Source of the DNA: Eledone cirrhosa
Taxonomy: Eukaryota
DNA length: 64,000 nt
Assembly (NCBI GenBank): GCA_964016885.1
Contig: OZ024758.1
Coordinates: 27,652,001 to 27,716,000, forward strand
Direction of reading: 5' to 3'
Shown here: piece after piece, positions 56,067-64,000 of the stretch
How the letters are laid out: the number at the start of each line of letters is the position of its first letter
Numbering within the stretch: position 1 is the first letter of the stretch
Notes under the pieces: generated by a model
Database searches by the model: none
What the model was told of the DNA's origin: nothing
The model's input: the letters and a program-made list of their open reading frames with translations, nothing else
Position numbers and translations under genes: made by a program

Positions 56067-57209
56067 AAACTATATATATGTGTTTGTGTCTATATTGTAT
56101 CTGTATTATTTTTGACCGTTGGTCAGTCAATGGCAACATTGAGGACCGAATAAATTTGATTACCGATATAAAAGACACAGAAGCGAAAAGCGAAAACCAA
56201 CCAAACAGTGAGTGTGTTCTGTTATTAATTCTGGCAATATTACACAAATATGACCCTCCCCAAGTATAACAATATATATATACATATATATATATATAGA
56301 CATATATATGTATATAGACATATATATATATATATAGACATATATATGTATATAGACATATATATATAGAGAGAGAGAGAGGTAGATAGATATATACATA
56401 CATACCACTGTAGTGTGACTAACTAAGTAGAATTGTCCACATCATCACTATGTTTACCATGTATGATATAATACAAAATGTGTATTAGGCAGAAATTTCA
56501 GTACATACACACAAAGTATATCCATATCAAAGCTATAAAAATATGGGTATTAACATTTTACACATGCATTCATGGTTATTTTTATATGCAAACAAAATCT
56601 GTCTATGCTATGAATGCTCAATGATTTGCATTTTTATTCAATTTTTGGGGGCATAATCATAGCCTGTACCTGCAGTATTAGAAATTAGGTTTACTCAAAT
56701 TAATGCAGGACATTATATGCAAAACAGATACTAATATGGAAAAATAATTTTTTTTTTAAAATGGGATAGCTTTTTTAAAACGTGTATATTTTCAACACAC
56801 ACCCACACACAAATAAAAGGCCAGCTGTATGATAATGTGCGAAGGCTGGGGGGGGGTAGTGAGCATGCTTCAATGGATGTGCAACATTAATTTGCATGAA
56901 TGACAAAGCATGGATGAACTGAGAGGAAAAATGAGTGTAAGACAAATTATCTATCTAGCTAACTGTTGATATATCTACCTACATAGCTATCTATCTATCT
57001 ATCTATCTTATGTCGATACATTAGACATTGTAGTACTAAATATTGCTATATCTGAAAATATGACAGGATAGTTATGTCTAGAATATCTTTAAGATCAATT
57101 GGATTGATTGGGGCTGGCCTGATGCTAAACAGCAGCAGCTATTGAACTTTGGCTATTCCAATGAAGCTTATTTCATTTATATTTATATAGATAGTGATCT
57201 TGCATCAAT

Positions 57210-57577
57210 AAGTGGTAGTGCTGGTGCCATGATAGAATACACCCAGTCCACTCTGAAAAGTGGTAGTGCTGGTGCCATGATAGAATATACCCAGTCCACT
57301 CTGAAAAGTGGTAGTGCTGGTGCCATGATAGAATACACCCAGACCACTCTGAAAAGTGGTAGTGCTGGTGCCATAATAGAATACACCCAGTCCACTCTGA
57401 AAAGTGGTAGTGCTGGTGCCATGATAGAATACACCCAGTCCACTCTGAAAAGTGGTAGTGCTGGTGCCATAATAGAATATACCCAGTCCACTCTGAAAAG
57501 TGGTAGTGCTGGTGCCATAATAGAATACACCCAGTCCACTCTGAAAAGTGGTAGTGCTGGTGCCATGATAGAATATA
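57210..57577. repeat. 48-bp minisatellite (~7.5 copies) amplified from a SINE body
   Basis: agtggtagtgctggtgccatgatagaatacacccagtccactctgaaa; runs into ttaggaagggcatccagcc and a (gat)n tail. Confidence 0.9.
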
Positions 57578-59019
57578 TAAATGCACCGAGTCCGTCCTGT
57601 TAGGAAGTTGTGCTGGTGCCATAATAAAAGACACCCAGTCCAGGCTGTTAGGAAGTAGTGGCATTAGGAAGGGCATCCAGCCATAGAAAATATGCCAGAG
57701 TGGAAGATGTAAGTGAGACATGGTCATGTGATCTGTCTAATCTCAGAACATGATAAACCATTTAGCCCATGCAAGCATAGAAAATATATGTAAAACGATG
57801 ATGATGATGGTAATGAAATAGATTTCAAACAAAGTGGATTAGAAAAAGATAAATTTTGCATGCCGATTCTTATTTTCAATAGCATATAATAGTCCACTTT
57901 TGAAATAAGCAGCATAATTTCTCTGTTCTATTCTTCCGACAGACAGACCTACTGATTAGACGAGTGGGAGATATTTTCTCACAACCAGTCATTTGATATT
58001 AACTGAATGAAATTTGAATGTAACAAGATATTTAGACAATGTTGCTAATCCTAGCATTTAGATAATTCTAAAAAGTAAATATTTCAAAGTTCTTATCTCA
58101 CAATGCATGAAGGAAATAGCAGTTAATTGCAAGCCATCAGCTCACAATGTAAGATATATATATGGTAATATTAAGCACCTAAAATTATGGCTTAACTGCA
58201 ATTTAATAATGGTTTCTAATATAGGCACAAGGCCAGCAATTTTGAGGGAAGGAAAAGTCGATTAAATCAGCCCCAGTGCATTACTGGTACTTTATTTTAT
58301 CAACCCTGTAAGGACAAAAGGCAAAGCTAGCCTCGACAGGATTTGAACTCAGACCATAAAGAGCCATAACTCTATGCTGCAAAGCGTGGTGCCCAATGCT
58401 CTACCGATTCTGCCAATCCACCAATTTAATGATGCCATCTCAAAAACATCATATAAAAATGAAATATTTCTAATATTGAGCTTTAATCTAAAACTCTTAT
58501 ATAAATTGAATCTACCCATTAACATCAATTTACACCTGTTTTCCATACAGGTATAGGTTGAAGAGGTTGTCAAAGTCTGAGATCAACAGGTTGGATAGCC
58601 TTGTCTCACTCATGTGTTACATATTCACTAAGTTTACCCATCCTGAACAAAAATAATTTCAAATAACTTTATTAATATACTGTTCTTTTCCTTAGAATTG
58701 GTATAAGGTTTTTTACTATCACAGTGCACACACACTGTGATGGTAAGAAACTTGTGTGAGTGTACTGTATACTGTTATTTTATGAAACATTGATAAATAT
58801 GAAATTTGAAAATATAGTCACCACAATACAAGTGACTATATAAATAATAGTTTCCTGTAAACTTGGTTAACCAAGCTACTTTCAGAGACTTACATCTACC
58901 CTTGCTTCATCACTTTAAGCAAGTTCCAAAGGATTTCCCTTTCTTGATTCACTTAGAAAGGCCTGTCCAACAAGGACTTAGAAATATTTTTACTCCATTT
59001 TCTTTTCACGGTTGATTAA

Positions 59020-59311
59020 CCCTTTAATGTTCAAACCGGCCAAAACCAGCCAGAATATTCTACCTTTTTCTGTTGAAACTGGCTGTAACTGGCCACTCAA
59101 ACTGACATTAAGGTATTGTTCTCAAAATAAATACTTTCAAAATCTCATAGATTCGATATTATGTGAGATAATTATGTGAGATAAAGCATTTACCATGAAA
59201 ATATAATAGTGTATATAGAGTAATGTGAATGTTATGTGAGATATTATGTGAAGTAAAGCCTTTACTGTGAAAATATAATAGTATATATAGAGTAATATGA
59301 ATGCTAAAGGG
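59020..59311 (+). mobile_element. piggyBac-like MITE with internal duplication
   Basis: TTAA-CCCTTT..AAAGGG-TTAA. Confidence 0.82.
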
Positions 59312-59944
59312 TTAACGGTGTATCTCATTCAGAATAAGGCAGTGAATTGGCAGAGTCATTAGAGCATCAGCTTAAAAATACCTCGGTATTTATTCTGACT
59401 CACTGCACTCTGAGTTCAAATCCCAGCATGGTCAACTTTGCCTTTTATCCTTTCTATGTTGATAAACAAAGAACCAGTCCAGTTCTGGGGTAGATTCATT
59501 CTCTCCTTATATGGAAAAAATTGGCTGTGTTCCAACTTAGAGAGGGATGGGCTATGCCAGGTTTAAAATGTCCATGACAAGCCATGTACCAAGACAGCAC
59601 CCCTACAACTCCATTAAGAGTTAAGTGCCTTTTACCTTCAGCATTTTTGTCATGTCACCAGAGCCCAAAATTTGATTACCCACATCCTTGAGGGACGAAT
59701 ACAAGGGAAAAGTGCCATGGGCCGGCAGAAAAGGTGATGGAGAGGAAGGAGTTTGGCGGAATGTACGGTAATGGAAATAGACAGGAAAAGATGGAGAGTG
59801 CTGGTCCGTATCTCCATGACGCCTGACCCTCGGATATGAGGATGGGTTAGGCCTTTTACCTTTACATCATTCAGAATATTTTACAACTCTCATCCTTTGT
59901 TAGATATATACCATCTGTGGTTCCACACCATCCAACTGAGGTAA

Positions 59945-60195
59945 GTAAATCCCAGAGAGCTCAATTTGCTGGCCACTGTCACCGTGCCAGCAATGAAATC
60001 ATATCCGCTCTCTTGCTCTGGAACCCTGACTCCAGCCTGACTAGGAGTAGGAAGCTGTCATTCCCTGACGTTATCTCTAGGGATACGGGAATCAGCAGAC
60101 AGGACCTGGGGGCAGCGATGGGGGACAGGGGATTCTGGGGCATGAGAGTGAGATCCATCATCTCGACAGTAGTCGACGAGTGATGATGATGATGA
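59945..60195 (+). mobile_element. LINE 3' fragment
   Basis: RAQFAGHC..LLLWNP..MGDRGFW, (tga)n tail. Confidence 0.7.
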
Positions 60196-60666
60196 AGTAA
60201 CTTAACTGATACCACTTCTCCAACTTGATCAATCAACTTGAGGTCAGTAATTTTCATCTTTAGCTTTATGGCCAGTAAACTGGCCATCTAACTTTCACTT
60301 AGTTTCAGTTTGTCACTCCTCTATACTCCCACTCTTGCCAAGCCTGTCACTTCAACTTTATCTATGACACATACATATAGTGATACTCTCTGTCAAGCTA
60401 CAACCCAAACTATTTAGTGGTTTACAGCAGAAGGAATCATAATACAGCTCAGCTATTTTCTACTTGATAGCTCTATCTTAACAAAACCTTGATAGCTCTA
60501 TCTTAACTTCTCACCAAACAAACACTCCCTGTTTACATATATTCAGCTGTCTCTTTCTTTGGTAAAGACAGACAACTTGACTTTCATATGCACTTGGGAG
60601 GTAGTTGAACTGCTGGCTAACTCATTTTCTGAATACAACTGTAGTATGCATTTCATTTTAATACTA

Positions 60667-61040
60667 GGATTGGCAGTATCAGTAGAGAGTCGGACACCAT
60701 GCTTTGAAGCATAGAGTTACGTCCCTTTACGATCTGAGTTCAAATCCCGCCGAGGTTAACTTTGCCTTTCATCCTTACGGGGTCGATAAAATAAAGTACC
60801 AGTAATGTACTGGGTAATTGCTGGCCTTGTGGCTAAAATAGAAACAATTATTGGTGGATTGACAGTATCAGTAGAGGGTCGGACGCCATGCTTTGATGCA
60901 AAGAGTTATGTCCCTTTACGATCTTAGTTCAAATCCCGCCAAGGTTAACTTTGCCTTTCATCCTTACGGGGTTGATAAAATAAAGTACCAGTAATGTACT
61001 GGGTAATTGCTGGCCTTGTGCTTAAAGTAGAAACAATTAT
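60667..61040 (+). mobile_element. Tandem pair of SINE family A
   Basis: Near-identical to 5541-5925. Confidence 0.88.
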
Positions 61041-61514
61041 TAAAATGTAGACTTTCAATGACTGGTTACAGGAAATAAAAATTTCAGCCGATATAAATAT
61101 TTACATAGAGTTTATGGTGTGATGTTATAATGATTTTAATGTGTCAATAAATATATATGTAACTAAAAAACATCTCCCTTTCTACCACCCTTCCGGAAGC
61201 AACCAAACCGCACACTATCTTTAACTGAAACCACCTCATTGAAGTAATGGACACATACCTTCCTTGCCTGCTAATACAACAAGCCATTAAATCCCCCTAT
61301 TGCACACCCTACTCAGAACAGAGAGGGTTCTTCAGATGGGACTATGACCAACAATCTTTCTAGTGATGGTGCCACGAAAATGCACCCGGTACACCCCGTG
61401 GGGGTGGTTAATGGCAGGAAGCTCCCCCACCCTGCTGTAGAAACCAGGCTAAAATGGTTGATAGGACTCTTCAGTTGTGTCAATGAGACAACAACATCTC
61501 TAGTGTTGCTGATG

Positions 61515-61985
61515 ATCATCATCATCATCACTGTTTTACGTCCGTTCTTCCACGCTAGCATGGGTTAGACGGGTTGTCCTGTTGTGGGCGGTGTCCGGTC
61601 GGCTGACCATGCCTTGCTCATACAGGAACTAATTTGACTTGATTTCTACAGCTGGATGCCCTTCCTAACACCAACCTCATTTACAGTGAGTGCTGGGTGC
61701 TTTTTTTTTTTCCATGTCACCTCCACGACCACTTTACAGTGCGGGCTGGGGGCTTTTTTTGCCGTGGCACCTCCACGACCACTTTACAGTGCGGGCTGGG
61801 GGCTTTTTTTTGCCGTGGCACCTCCACGACCACTTTACAGTGTGGGCTGGGTGCTTTTTTGCCGTGGCACCTCCATGACCACTTTACAGTGTTTACAGTG
61901 TGGGCTGGGGGCTTTTTTGCCGTGGCACCTCCATGACCACTTTACAGTGTGGGCTGGGTGCTTTTTTGCCGTGGCACCTCCACAA
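61515..61985 (-). mobile_element. SINE-B-related element with ~50-bp internal tandem expansion
   Basis: gccgtggcacctccacgaccactttacagtg..gggctggg repeated ~5-6 times. Confidence 0.8.
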
Positions 61986-64000
61986 TATACATGAGAAACA
62001 CTGTACACGCTGTAAAGTAGTTGGGGATAGGAAGTGTATCCAGCCATAGAAAGCTTGCCAAAAAAAAAGGTTGAGAGGACTCTCCAGTTAAGTCAAGGAA
62101 ATGACAACCTCCCTAGTGATGGTGACCTACAATGCTGTAAAGTAGTTGGTGTTGGGAGGGGCATCCAGCTGCGGAGGGCTTTCCAAGCAAAAGGTTGACC
62201 CTCCAGTTGTGCCAGAAGCATGACAACCTCCCTGGTGCTGGTGCCATGATAAAATACACTTGGTAGAATGCAGAACCACATGTAAGTGAGATGCAAACCA
62301 CCAGCCTGTCTGGGAAGTCACTGACCCCACATCAGTACAGACTTGGTCTGTGAAAACCTGTCTAACCCTTGCTAGCATGAAAAGTGGACATTAACCCTTT
62401 AGCATTTACATTACTCTATATTTACTATTATATTTACTATTATATTTCCATGGTAATGGTTTTATCTCACATAATTATCTCACATAATATTGAATATACA
62501 AGATTTTGATATTATTTATTTTGAGAACAATACCTTAACATCAGTATGAACAGCCGGTCATGGCCGGTTTGAACAGAAAGAGATTAGAGAATTCTGGTCT
62601 TGTCGGATACATCATCATGATGCGTATATTGCGTATATATCATCATGGTGATGATATATACTCAATATACATAGACACAATTGTTTCTACTTTTGGCACA
62701 AGGCCAGTAATTACCCCAGTACATAACTGGTACTTTATTTTATCGACCCCGTAAGGATGAAAGGCAAAGTTAACCTCGGCGGGATTTGAACTCAGAATGG
62801 CAAGGGCCGTAACTATGCGTCAAAGCATGGTGTCCGACGCCTCTACAAATACTGCCAATCCACCTACACATGTATACAATATACATACATGTATGTATAT
62901 TGTATACATTTTATGAAGCGTGACTTGTCACCAGGAAGGACAAGCCATGCCAGTATCTCCATACTCCCTCCCCCCCACACACACATTGTATACAGTAATG
63001 GCCATAATATTTCAGACACCTAAATGTTCATCCCAAAACTTTCAGTAGCTTCAAAACTAAGAAACGCTAAAAGCTCAAAATTGATACATATTAAATTATA
63101 TGTGTCCAAACCATTATGGCTGTTACTGTAGTTGCATAATGGCAGCAGATGTATTTATTGTACTTAAGTATAAAATTAAATATATCTTAAAATCAAATCT
63201 GTTGGTGAGAGTTTGTATCACTCATCATCATCGTTTAATGTCCATCTTCCACGTTAGCATGGGTAGGACGGGCTGTCCCTTTGTGAGGGATCAGGTCAGA
63301 GGAGCATGATTCACTCAAACAGAACTGATTTTAGTTCAGATGCACTTCCTAATGCCAACCACATTTACAGTGTGTGCCGAGTGCCTTTTTGCCGTGTCTC
63401 GTACACAACCTCTTTACAGTGTGAACTGGGTGCTTTTTGTCGTGACACCTACATGACCATTTTACAGTGTGGACTGGGGGCTTGCTTTTGTCATGACACC
63501 TACATGACCACTTTACAGAGTGGACTGGGTGCTCGCTTTTGTCATGACACCTACATGACCACTTTAGTGTAGGCTGGGCTCTTTTGTCATGACTCCATTC
63601 ATACATCACAACAATAGTTTTACCTTTTTAAAGGTAAATCCATCACCATCCTAGAATCGAGGCTGTGGAGAATGTTAGAGTTTATAAACAGAAAAAGGAA
63701 TTTATTCAAAAGTTAGTAGCAGTTCAAATCTCAAACTGAGGGGTTGTACTGGGTCTACTGGGCCGTTTCAATCATGTTTCCATTGAGTCAGACATAACTT
63801 CAGGAGCTGGATCACATCAGATTTTTGTTTAACCCTTTAGCATTTAAACTGGCCATATCCGGACAGAATTCTCTCACCTCTTTCTGTTCAAACCAGCCAA
63901 AACTGACCACTTATACTGACGTTAAAATAAACAACATCTAAATCTTGTAGATTCAAAATTATATGAGATAATTAAGTAAGATAAAGCCTTTACCAAAAAA

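Larger units (their letters stand above)
52797..56275 (+). mobile_element. Penelope-like retroelement with C-terminal GIY-YIG endonuclease
   Basis: RT plus EN ORFs; ~66-bp inverted terminal repeat 52797-52862 / 56210-56275; hammerhead in 3' region; lodged in (TA)n. Confidence 0.93.

Noticed and set aside
57142-57727. 153-184 aa repeat proteins
   Set aside because: Open only because the 48-bp unit is a multiple of three; SINE-derived
58885-58935. Candidate USP32 exon 1 (minus-strand gtaagt donor)
   Set aside because: Required frame has a stop and no MGxKxS-like start
62870-62910. Short AT-rich palindromes (also 58705-58752)
   Set aside because: Short and low complexity; explicable by local fold-back repair, no further support for function

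Overview
This is AT-rich, repeat-dense animal DNA; the SINE/LINE repertoire and huge (TA)n tracts suggest an octopod cephalopod (inference). The only host gene I can support is USP32 on the minus strand. Five coding exons (32696-32823, 28012-28117, 9635-9753, 5973-6132, 359-490) splice in frame with GT-AG boundaries and encode the N-terminal EF-hand region. Exon 1 was not found and probably lies beyond 64000, so nearly the whole window is intronic. The introns hold tRNA-derived SINEs, RTE-type LINE fragments, MITEs (TTAA, TA and 8-bp TSD types), a non-autonomous Helitron, minisatellites, and a long Penelope-like element (RT + GIY-YIG) broken by one homopolymer frameshift. The most unusual signal is a set of minimal type I hammerhead ribozymes in short elements lodged in (TA)n. 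A ~410-bp unit carries two unrelated hammerheads of opposite polarity and is tandemly duplicated (period 1790 bp). A second family has the compensatory U3-A8 core (UUGAAAA), and several fold-back palindromes turn at or beside hammerhead motifs. Most ORFs in the supplied track are microsatellite artefacts.
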